Positions 52,679 through 64,000 of a DNA stretch of 64,000 bases are shown one piece after another. Source of the stretch: Phoronis australis (lineage: Eukaryota; Animalia; Phoronida); NCBI GenBank assembly GCA_002633005.1, contig NMRA01000232.1, positions 546,866 through 610,865 on the forward strand, written 5' to 3'. Each line of letters starts with the position of its first letter. Positions within the stretch are counted from its first letter, which is position 1. The position numbers and the translations under genes are program-made. A model generated the notes under the pieces. It did not search any database. It had not been told where the DNA came from and saw only the letters and a list, made by a program, of their open reading frames with translations.

Positions 52679-53720
52679 TTCTTTTGCAGCGCTACCTATC
52701 GACAGACTGGTCATTTGTTTTAATTTCAATAGAGGGCGCGAAACACATTATCTCCCGTCTCTTTGTGGGCTATTAGATTACATACCGGTATGTACGCCAG
52801 CCCGACTCTACGTAATAATTAGTACGCACGGCCCATTGGCGTATTGAACAGGGATAGGGGCCCGCTTGAATCCTATCACAAGAAACAAATTTGCAAAACT
52901 AAAGTACTGAAGTACGTGGTTACAGTGGCCCGATACACCGAAAAGAGTCATTCTACCGACGGCGACACCCAATTCTGTCCAGTCACTATCAACCAACCAG
53001 TTTCACTAGCTCGGACGGGGGTTATCGTTTTGCCAGGTAAGGGAAACTCGCCCGGTGTCACAGTGCCCCGGCAGCACGCACGAAATTGCCCATCATGACT
53101 TATGATTGTAAGTAGTGGGGGCGCGACAATATAGTACTTAATTTTTTATTTTAAAGTTCCTAAATAGCATATTATATTTGAATATGCATAACTGTGAAAA
53201 ATATCGAGTAGTTCGAATTTTCAAATCGGACAAGACAGCTGGATTTGCCAGGATCATCAGTGCCACTGGTGAAATTGCACCTCAAAATATCAGTTAATAA
53301 ATTGACAATCAAGACTGGCAACTGAGCTAGGTAGGGCCTACCACTTCTATAGTTGTGAGTTAGTAATCGGCGTATAATTAGCTGATAAGTCATGTAATGC
53401 TGGAAACATCTTTGCTACTATCCGATGAATAGCTGAAGGCTCGTTGACAAAATCGCTACTTCTTGACCAATATGAACTTCAAGAACCCACTGTTCTAATT
53501 TTTTCTCCTCTTCTCAGTACTAATTCGGATTTTATGGTTTCCGGAATTCCGGCCACTCTTTGTTTTCGCCGGCGTCGGTGTCCCAAAAATAAAATGGAAA
53601 AATACCGAGAGCCTCGTTTACAGGGATGTTTGCAGCATGATAGAAACAAGCCAGCAGACAATTTCTAAATTCAGTTTATGCTTCAGCTGGGTACTCAACT
53701 TGAACATAATGCACCAATTA

Positions 53721-55033
53721 CATGCGCGCACCCAGCCTTGAAAATGGCGGGGAGCTCGAATTGCTGTCGTTGTGGACCCGTTTCCTGACAAAAAGTCGGG
53801 ATTAAAAAAAAAACGAACTGTGAACTGTGCGTCGGCGTCTTTTTTTAGTGGACTTTTGTCTCGTTTTCTCGGATCTTTTTGTTTCTCCGAGGCGGACGTT
53901 TTTGCCCACTTCGCCAAATGGGGGGGGGGGCTCACGTTCGAGCCCCCCCCCACCATCGCTGGAATTTGTTTCCCATGCAGCATCTTGGATATTCCTGTAC
54001 GTGGTGAAATGTGGTTACATAGTGATGTGATGTTATGGGCGGCACTGGCCCGGCATGGATCCTGTGGCAACTCCGGGGGACAGCCAGTTAGGACGACTTA
54101 ACAAACAACAAACATTTTAAACAGGTGGCATCGTTCCTGTACGTCCTTTGAACAAAAACAGCCGGAAGCTCTAGAAGAGAAAGAATAGGCCTACTGGTCC
54201 CGCCGGCAACATGCGCGCACCCAGCCTTGAAAATGGGGGGCTCGAATTTCTGTCGATGTGGACCTTTTGCTGGTAAAAAATCATGAGGACTAAAAAAATA
54301 TAAAAGAACGGGTACCACACGTACTTCAGGGCTGTGAGCTGTGCGTCTTCTTTAGTGGACTTTCGTCTCGTTTTGTCGGGACTTTTTGTTTCTCTGGGGC
54401 AGACCTTTTTGCCCACTTCGCCAAATGGGGGGTTCCTTCGAGCCCCCCTGGGTGCGCGCATGCGCAATCATCACACAGCAAGGACATCATCACACAGGAC
54501 GGCTGGCAACTCACCACGGGGTCCATTGTCAGCCGCAGGCCCCCGAGCTACTGCTTACTTGGGTAAGACAAACACCAAAATGAATTTAATTCGTTGGATG
54601 TCTTTTTCGTACTATGATATGTTCCCATGTGGTCGGTTAAAATATGAAAAACTATTAGAGTTACAGTACTTTTCACCATGCGATCTGATGTCCTGACTTC
54701 TGTGTGGAGCGGAGTAGAGCAACATTTGCCGCATATCATCGCACCGCAATTTTGACACTCCGTGGACTAAACTTACTAAGAAATGAGGTGATTTATCGAA
54801 CAACTTAGTTTCAGAAATTAAAATCCCTCGCAAAATTACAGTGTGGGTTGTACCATGCGCGCACCCGGCTTAAAATATGGGGGGGCTCGAATTTTTCAGT
54901 ATGTGGACCTTCTACTGACCTATGAATGGTGCATTCGCGCCGAACTCGTGGGGACTTTTTTGTTTCTCTGTAGCGGACCTTTTTACTCACTTCGCTCGTA
55001 GGAGCACCCCCCCCCCACCCTGGATACGCGTAA
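53721..55033. mobile_element. Cluster of three related GC-ended TIR elements (53721-~53952, 54210-54462, 54854-~55033)
   Basis: Each starts CATGCGCGCACCC.G. The middle copy ends with the perfect 15-bp inverse CTGGGTGCGCGCATG and has subterminal GGGGGCTCGAA/TTCGAGCCCCC. Confidence 0.8.
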
Positions 55034-55669
55034 GTGTACGGTGGTAAATAATTGGCTTGCGACTCGCGGTGCGACCATGTAAGACTATCCACAGACCCGA
55101 TTTTAAGAGAGGAAAACTAATTCAGTTTTCGTTTTTAAGACACCTAAACAGCAGGCTAAAATGCAGTTTAACCATGGATTAGACTGTCTGGATTTTGTAG
55201 ATTTGGAAACCGCCGTCTTCTGGACTAGTTGGAAGACAAACTACAACGCCAGGTTTTTGAATGATTCCAACGAAGTCCACTTTAATACATAGAGAGGGTA
55301 AACTCGACATCAAGTTCTAAATATTACCGAAAATAGTCGCTCTAGATTTTCATGCAATGTTCCTAATTTAAATACTTATAAGTAAAGATAAATATATTAT
55401 TTTTTTGATTTCATTGAAATTAAGGTCGTTTTTAGACATACTTTTAGAACAACCACAAGTAAAAGAGGGACTTTTAATGAAGATAAATGGGTGGGAAAAT
55501 GCATTGGTGAGAAAACAAACTCTACACAGTTGAGGTTCTATTGGAACCGATTCATGCAACCACCCACTGGTACTTATTATGGATGCAATGCCAAAATTAC
55601 GTTCTGCTTCCCCCCACGAGAATTTTTTTGCTAAGTTTTCGTCCCCCACACTTGAAAACGAGCAATTAA

Positions 55670-55816
55670 CAGGGGCGGATCCAGGATTTTGAGTTGGGGG
55701 AGGGGGGGGGCCAGGGCAGAGTATTAGCCAGGATTTTGGCCATCAGACATTTACACCCCTGAACTGCCAAATGGAATCTGGGGGAGAGGGCATAGCCCCT
55801 TCTAAATCCGCCACTG
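55670..55816. mobile_element. Short TIR element with poly-G tract
   Basis: Inverted ends CAGGGGCGGATCCAG ... CTAAATCCGCCACTG. Confidence 0.65.
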
Positions 55817-57496
55817 ATGAACCATACCCCGGATAGTACGCTGATACACGTACACATTTTCCATAGTAATCCATAGATGTCCGTCATGATTCTCAGATAT
55901 ACCCAGCTAAAACATTTTCGAGTATCCTCGCCCTAAAGATGTTGTTACAGCAACGACCAAGCATCTAAATCCCGGCCTCTCCCCCGCTCTCAACTCATGG
56001 CCTCTAACAGAAACATAAAACTAAGGCATAGAAATAGTCAACGATATAAATTGGCCAAATTTGAAATGATGTATCCTATCACCTCTAGGAGTAGGCCTCA
56101 CACTGATGGCACCAACCATCCGGCCTTTAGAAAAAAAACTATGATCTGATCCAACTTTTATTGCCAGAAAATGTGCTAACATTAGACTTTATCTGCATCT
56201 TCTCAGGTTAAGTTCCTTAAAAACAATCAAAGCACATGCCAAACCAGACAGCTCGTCAAATAATTTTAGAACATTCAAATCTTTCCTGAATTTGTAAGGG
56301 AGATTAACTTTGTAAAAACTAAGTATCATGGCTGACAACCAAATTTAGAACTGCGGTATAATAGAACACATAAACTTAATTACAGAAGCAAATGTGACTG
56401 ACTACTAATTCCTGGCAAAAGTGAAAAAGAACTGGGCAATTATAGGAATAAAAGAGCATAGTAAATATTAATAATTTGCGTAATAACTTTACAAAATTAT
56501 TTGACTACGAATCCTAAGCTTCATAAATACGTTTACACCCATCTTGAAGTTCGCCCGACCACAACTGCACATAGAACCCGACTTCAAATGTACAACCAGC
56601 ACCTCGGGGGGCACTACCAATCACTGAATAATCACAACGTCCCGGAATATCCTTCATGTAAGTCTGCTTATAACAAGATTAAACTAGCAAGCCAAAGTCA
56701 ACACAAACACACTCTTTCACTTGTCTAATAACATACTGCACGACCATGTCGTACAAATAACACGGAATCACGCACCAACAACCCTTGTGAATGTTTCCAG
56801 TACAAAATGAGAACCACAGTTCTTGACTGTCATGCAACTGAACAATGACTAACCAACTAAGCCTTATATGTTACCGCACAGGCCAAAAAGTCATTTTAAG
56901 ACCATAAGGTACATTGGGAGAAATATTTTCTAAAACAAGCCATTAGAAGTGCTCTACAGCAAACCCTACTAGCTGCTTTACTAGTGACTACACAAGCACC
57001 ATGGAGCGCAGCATAGTCTAATTAGTAAGTTGCCCATCCACACTCAAACGGGAAGCCCTATGAACTAACCCCCATGGGAATCACGGTGAGCCACGTCACG
57101 ACAGCAGGCTCATTCAAAACATCGCACTGGCTCGTCACATTACAGCAACAGGGCAACTTACAATCACAACTGATGAGCAGTTGCATCAATGGCAACTAGC
57201 CTCCGAAAACTACGTTTAACAAGATGAGCAGAAGGTTGGTAAACCTTTTATCACGACTGGAGTAACAATAACAAGTAGACTAAGAAACGTTCAACAGCAT
57301 GACTGCAATGATGAAAGCACAACTTCTGCAACAGGGGGCGCATGCAACAAATAATTATCAAAAACGGCAACTTTTCTGGACCAAGAAGAAAAATCTTTTG
57401 TAACAGTTTTACATCGGACAGAAACCTGATAGAGAAACAACTGGCATTTAATATATATCGTATTTCTATGTTGTTGACCGTGGCGTGTCTGGCTGT

Positions 57497-60400
57497 TTAC
57501 ATGGATTCGAACTCATCAACCCTCTTCCTGGTGTTGCCCATACGGATCTGTTTCAGTGTCTTGTACTTGTCACGTCCCTCCAAAACGTTGGCCTCGTGAA
57601 GTTTGTCTTCCTTAGTACGCTTTGTGTCATCCTTAACCTCCTTCAGTTCGTCTTGCAATGCCTGGAAAACAGTCATTACTGTAAGTCATTACCCATTCTT
57701 GATGACACGGTGAACACTGCAATTAAACTTATAAAGCTGTTTTGAAATAATCAGTGAAAACCAACTGTACAGTTGTTTAGGAGACAGTGTGTACCACTGC
57801 AATAAATGCCTGCTTCCTTTACTCAATGTTCGAGACTCAGTGGGGCACGCTGCTATACTCTAGAATCAGATCTCTTGCTCCTCCGCTTTTTTTAACAATA
57901 TATAGATAAACCTCAGAAAAATGGTTCCAGGTGATCAGTGCAATGGGCCATCTGAGCTGCCCGCACACGGCTGGCGCTACGTGTACCAGACTGCCTGCAA
58001 ACATTTTAACATTTTTTATACATCGAAATCGAAGTGGTTTCACAGGGGTACTATCAATGTCAGAATGTTCTGCAAGTGAAGAAGAGTGCACTATGCACAA
58101 AGAACATATGTGTTGAATTTCTTTGAACAAATTCATCTGCTTTGAAAATTATCGACAGAAATAAACTCACAAGTTTTGTTGGGTACCAGTATTTGAAAAT
58201 TTGTACAATTCCGATACTCATTCCATATCGACACCAAACGCCATCACTAAATCAAACTTACAATTAAGAATGTGTTTGTTGTCGTTTTTAATTACTACAA
58301 CCTGGCTTGATATAGAGTGTAAAACTTATCATAGCCCTGGCTGCATTATAACTTAAGGAGGATTTGTTAAATATAAGATTTAACTTAGTTTTAGACTCAT
58401 ACATGCACGTCATTTCCTTATCAAAAGGAGCCAAAAGATGCTCAAACTTCATAAGCAGCAGTACACTATCTACACCAGCACTATGAATATCATGTTCATA
58501 TTATAATATGAAATAAAATGGAAATTTACACAATGCTTTTAAATTACTTAAGTATATGTTGTCAAAAGCCCAGCTGCATACTACACGCAGCCTTACATTC
58601 AGAACAAGGTAGTAACCATACCATTAATACAATTTATGGTAGCACTTAGTGAACTTGAGTATGGACTTTAAGCACTTTTTTCACACTTGAACTGAATTGG
58701 AAAGTAAACCACCAAAACATTAAATAAGCAGCGCTTTCTGTTTTCACGGTATTGACTGAGCCTCAGCATGCTTTTGGTTTCGATTCTACACCAGTACTTT
58801 TGGTTTCCGTGTTCCAATAAAGAGATCACAAGCCATTCCTTCATGCTGTTTTTAACATGAAAGAAACCAAACCCATAGTAAACACGGGAATGGCCCAAAA
58901 AAGAACAATGCACACACCCTATAAACGTGCAAGTGCACATAAACGGAACAACTAAGATTTCATGAATACTGAGTTTCAAGTTTTTATATACCTTGAGTTG
59001 GTCCTGAATATTTTTCTGCTTCTCAATTTGGGTGGTACGGTCCTCATTTTCATCTACTACAGTCTCGTCCACATCCAACTCGTGGGTTGCTGCAAAGCAG
59101 TGAAAAAGACTAGTAGAGCAGATGACAAAATGAAATGAAATTGGGCATCACCGCATCACGAGTGCTAACAGACTGCAGATGTGCGAAAAGCAATACACGA
59201 ATGGCACTTACACAAGCAATAAAGACTTTGTACAATAATTTAAACAAGGCAAAAACACGGCAACATCCTCGGATTCCCCGCCAAAGGTTCTGCACAAGGC
59301 TGCTCACAGAAGAGAGACGACAATACAGGAGAATGTTAAAATGGCAATGACATGCACTGAGGTACTTTGTAAGCATAATTGAAGTGGGTCAAAATCACCC
59401 CTAACATGCTGGAGTTGAGCACAGAAGAACATTTCGCTACATATATGTGTCAAAATCAAGAATAGAACAATATGGTAGAACAGGAAAATGCTTACAAGGT
59501 GCACGCTAAGTTCCGCATTTGCTACTTCCATGCAACAAATGTAATCACTGGGAAGCTTCGAATTAAAAGGCCAATTGGCAGCAGAAAGGAGGCAATGTGA
59601 ACCAACTTTGAGTAAAGGCAGAACATATATTTTAAGAGCATGCTGTTGTAATCTGCACTTTCAATAATTGTCTTATACTCGATTTCTAATCACCAACATA
59701 TCTATAAATCACATAAAATAGACCGTTTTTCAATCTGAAGATGCAAATACATGATAAGATGGCCACCAAAGGCAATAACCATGCATGCAACTGCAAATAC
59801 ATAAGATGGCCACCAAAGGCAATAACCATGCATGCAACTGCAAATACATGATAAGATGGCCACCAAAGGCAATAACCATGCATGCAACTGCAAATACATG
59901 ATAAGATGGCCACCAAAGGCAATAACCATGCATGCAACTGCAAATACATAAGATGGCCACCAAAGGCAATAACCATGCATGCAACTGCAAATACATGATG
60001 AGATGGCCACCAAAGGCAATAACCATGCATGCAACTGCAACAAAACACACTCATGCTCTCAAAAATCCCTTTAAAAACAACTACTGTCAGGACACATACA
60101 CCAATTTCTTATTTTCATACAATTATATTCTAAAAAATTAAAAATCGTGTTTCCTCAATGTTAGTCAACATATAATTTTACAACGCCTTTTAGAATACAT
60201 GGTTTGTAGTTTGCTTAAGTTTAAATGCGCACTTTGTATTCAGTTTTGTTTCATGTTCATAACCATCGCAGCGTGTTTTCAAACAAGTGTCATCTGTGTA
60301 GATACTGAAGGGCAAACAACACTAATCTCAACTGTTTTCTATGTTTGTCTGCAATTGCCTTAAGAATTCATAAACACCAGTTGACTGGTTGATAAAGCTT

Positions 60401-63400
60401 GGTGATCAGATTTCTGATTCAAGTGCCGGCTGCAGTGTGGACTAAGCTAACGAATCCTAGCACACTGTTCGTTTGGTACAAAAAATTGTGACTTCGTATG
60501 CCATACGATATTCACCAAATTACACCCAATTAATCACACAAGGAATGTCTGTACTAACCACCTTTCAAGAGAAACCTGAGCAGGCCACAAATATCTTCAA
60601 GTCTATTACTTTTTAAGTTGCGCCCAGAGCAGTATTACTCTGCATGCACACAAGCCTGCCTTTGTCTTTGGCGGGGATAAGGAAACAATCTTTGACAAGA
60701 TCCTGTACCCAAAAATCAACTGTTGCTTGTAGACAATAATCTCCATAGATCAACAATCAACAGACTTTTAAGCAAACATTGCAACTCTTGTCATTTAGAT
60801 TTTGAGTATCAAAACAAGAATGACTGAGAGCCTTCTACTACAGCTATTAGTGACTAACAGTTAAAGCAAAAAAATAATGGATTTTGGCCTGTGGTTTCTT
60901 GAAAATCCAGTTGGTGATGCGTTACTCTTTAGTCACTCACTTTTTCAAAAAGGTAATTCCATCCAAGACGAACAGAGAATGAGGGATTTGTGTTTATGTT
61001 TGCTCAATTCTAGTCAGTAGTGAGAGGCAGGGGGGCTGGTGGCAGTTGTGCCAGTGCTCAGAAAGTCCTCTTTTTATCTCCATTGATGGCAGCAAACATG
61101 GAAATGGTGTCACAATCTAGCATGTTGCCAAATGGCGATCAAAACTGCCCTTTAGAATTAGACTGATTCAACAAAAAATTCTGCTACATCCAGAATAGTG
61201 TTTGACGAACAAAATGGTGTTTGACGAAAGGAATAGTGTTTGATGAACAGAATTTTGAAGCCCATGTGTCATACTGCAGCAGCCCCATGAAGAGTGGACT
61301 TGCTTCCAACACAGCCGATCCATGATCGTACAACTTGAATGACACTTCAACTACTTGGCTGTCACGAGACAAGTTTGAAACTGCATGCATTTGCAGTCAT
61401 GTATTGCTGCCAAGGTATGCCGTAGCATTTGAAAGCATGTCTTTACCACTTTGAAAATAAACTGAGAAGCGAGAAAACACCAGGTGGACACACTGGCGTA
61501 GCTTGGAGAAGTCCATCCACCATGACAGCATTGCTGGACTGGTGGAGGAAGAACAACAGGAATGTCCAGGGGGCAGCACAAAGCGAAAAAAATTGGAGCA
61601 AACCGGGATAAAATAATTTATTATAAACGAAAAACAAACCCCAACTCCAACATAATAGTGTTTCAAATGTTGCTTATACTTGTTCAGCCTTTGTGCAACT
61701 GTTTTAGAAAGCACGATGCCTTAGCTGAAATTGATGTAGGTGGAAACTTTTAGTCAGTGAGTGCAGGTCTCAAAATGGGTTGGGATACAGAAGGTAACTA
61801 CTTTTGATTTATTTGGCTTAATCAGTAACAGATGTTTATAAATTGAAATGATAACACAAACATAGTGACAACTTTCTAACAGCACAAGAGAAATGTTTAA
61901 GTCTGTTAGCACTTTCAAAGTCAGTCAGTAGTAACCACAACCACAAAATAATGAGACAGATTTTTGACTGAGCTAAAAGAAGTCAGGGGTCACGGGTCAC
62001 ACGCCAACCACCAAGGAGCAGGGATTACCAGAAGTCGATTCTCGTCTCTGGTCACTCGACGAAATGATTATCATGGACTTTGGCTCATGGATACTTTGAG
62101 AAGAGTTGCCCGCTGAGGACCGTCGTCGGACATCACCATTGGTCGAAGTAGAGGGAGCACTAGACTGGGCTCCACTCATTCTTCTTGGTTGCTGCTGTGA
62201 TTGCACAGCTACAGTTGTTGACTGGGACTTCAATGGAGTACCGACAACACCATTAGATGACTTGTTTGATGCAGATGTGCGTCGAGCAAGCTCAGACAGC
62301 ACTGCACTCCAGGGGGCCTTTGGGTCACCGCTGGCACTAGGTGACGCCGGTGTTGCCACGGGGAAAGTGCGTGAACCGGGCGAGGTAGGAGTGCTGATTG
62401 GCGTGCTGTTTGTGACTGTGCGTGAGACAACGATCAAGAGAAGAAAATGTACACAACACAAATAGGTCAACAAATCAGGATACGCATAAAGCTAGGCATT
62501 GAACACAGACAAAAACACCAGAGGAGAGTTGTTCACTAAGCAACAGTTAACATCAGTTAACAAACAGCTAAGACGCATGACAAACAACTCCAAGAAGCAA
62601 AGCTTTAATAAGTGCAAAGCAGTGTGTCTTTATGGCAGAGGGTAACCAGGAAACACTCGGGGATATGTCAAATAAAGTGGCAGGTCACTACAAACACAAC
62701 AACATAGAGCAGTAAAACACTAAAAGCTTTCCTATGAATTGGAATCCACAGCAATTGAAGTGTGCAGTAATTGTCAGACATTCCATCATTTAGAACTTTG
62801 AGAACGATCCGCATCTGTTACTATACAAATTTCAACTAGATGACAAGTAATATTCTTGAAGAAACCAAATAAATGTATAGTTAAGATAATTGGCAAGCAG
62901 ACAACAGAAAAACACTCGCAACTGTCTGCATCCTACTTTAGCTTGTGCAAATGTGTTCATTGTGTATCTCACTATTGTAAGATTTATTGTTGCACTCACT
63001 AACAACATTTTCTGAATTAAAAGGTTAGCAATTGTGCAATGCATTTGCAAACAAAATTTCTGTAACGCAGCCTTGAGAGAACAGAAAACGTGACTTGGGG
63101 TTGGGACCACCCAAAATAAATCAACCCTTGACATGAAAATTGTCCATTAGCATGGCATGATAAGCGCAAACACAACTTTAAATTTGATATGATGCGGTTA
63201 CAGATCTAAATGCCATTGTTCTGTTTTCAACGGACTTAGTCTGTCCAAGAGCAAAAGTGCTGCCAAAGACATCACATGCAAAGTTAAATTAATCTATTGA
63301 AGTGCACATACCCGTGTTCTGACTCTCGTCATCTTCCTCATGGTGGTTCGACTCCTGCACGTGACGTGCAGCCGCCAGTGCCTCCTGAGTAAGGCGCTCG

Positions 63401-63507
63401 GTCTCTCGCTCCAGTTCCTCTGCACGCCTCTTGTTCTCCTCCTCTTGGCGAGCCAATTCCTCCTCCATCTCCAACAGGCGACGCTTGGCCTCCTCGGCTT
63501 CATGCTC
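57497..63507 (-). CDS. Moe: ERM family protein (moesin/ezrin/radixin homolog), 3' exons only; the gene continues beyond the right edge
   Basis: Exons 63312-63507 ([32 protein letters not shown]..., coiled coil), 58992-59089 (...[18 protein letters not shown]) and 57497-57661 ([54 protein letters not shown]) have consistent phases. [20 protein letters not shown] is the ERM actin-binding tail with the regulatory Thr. A candidate AATAAA lies at 56157-56162 (-). Confidence 0.93.
59741..60040. repeat. Minisatellite, 47/50-bp units, 6 copies, in a moesin intron
   Basis: Unit CTGCAAATACAT(GAT)AAGATGGCCACCAAAGGCAATAACCATGCATGCAA. Confidence 0.95.
62029..62415 (-). CDS. Probable alternative (cassette) exon of the ERM gene, 129 codons, Ser/Thr/Pro-rich
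   Basis: Pyrimidine-rich acceptor ...TTTTCTTCTCTTGATCGTTGTCTCACGCACAG and donor G|GTAATC bound 387 nt. The exon is phase 1-1 like the surrounding intron, stop-free in the matching frame and GC-richer than the intron. Confidence 0.72.
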
Positions 63508-64000
63508 CTAGAATGGACCACACATTTATATATATGACACGTGACCACAAACTCAAAAGATGCTTGAGCAATGAACTAATGAAATTCTAACAAGACCATG
63601 GGCATGGACAAGACGATCAATATAAATCTGCACAAATAACTTACTTATGGCCGCAAAAAGTAACTTGCTTGAGACATTCTGGTAAGAAAAACTTAACCAC
63701 CACAAAAGTTAATCGACTTGAAACACTTGTGAACTGTGATTCTCTGTAGTCCAGGCACATTTAGTTCAGATATGTTCTTGTTTTCAATCATAGCTGATGG
63801 CAAATATGAAGTTGACATCATTTTCAGTGAATAATTAGCAAGGAGTACCTTGGGAGTGGTAAATGTAAACAAGTGAGTCAATGTTGAAAAAAATGACTAC
63901 ATGTCAAAGCAGGAGTGACCAGCTGCATTCAGGTAATTTAACCACATGTGATTAACTAGGTGTACAGACTCAAATGCACATTAGATTTAAACTTCCGGAC

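Noticed and set aside
50027-60054. The two minisatellites as CRISPR-like arrays or repeat-protein genes
   Set aside because: Units are contiguous with no unique spacers, the context is eukaryotic, and the ORFs are by-products of repetition with no credible start or splice context.
61058-61540. Additional alternative or terminal moesin exons (e.g. [14 protein letters not shown]..., [19 protein letters not shown])
   Set aside because: Phase-compatible AG sites exist, but the acceptors are weak and the peptides unrecognisable, so they cannot be told from chance without RNA data.
41-64000. Most of the 60-150 aa ORFs in the supplied track
   Set aside because: They are antisense shadows of real exons, intron run-ons or chance ORFs in repeats; many start at non-ATG codons.

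Overview
AT-rich, intron-containing animal genomic DNA, apparently from an invertebrate (taxon cannot be fixed from sequence alone). I rebuilt the genes exon by exon from GT-AG junctions: tRNA-Gly(GCC) (-), a 3-exon type-1 cystatin/stefin (+), WDTC1/adipose (-, 13 coding exons) head-to-head with PAAF1 (+, 11 coding exons), a single-coding-exon ankyrin-repeat gene (-), LYRM2 (-, 3 exons), and the 3' end of an ERM/moesin gene (-) that enters from the right edge. Introns and spacers hold decayed L1/Tx1-type LINEs, two Penelope-like retroelement remnants, TTAA-flanked and other MITEs, foldback palindromes and minisatellites. Four observations stand out. (i) Minimal type-I hammerhead ribozymes lie in the Penelope tails, including an inverted pair inside PAAF1 intron 2 around a GIY-YIG tail that a piggyBac-type MITE splits cleanly. 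(ii) An unassigned ~350-nt G-U-rich structured RNA candidate lies antisense in LYRM2 intron 1. (iii) A frame-preserving 129-codon Ser/Thr/Pro-rich candidate cassette exon sits in the moesin linker. (iv) An orphan GC-rich transcript start with an overlapping upstream ORF lies near 4 kb. Homology calls come from my recall of family motifs; no database searches or folding programs were run.
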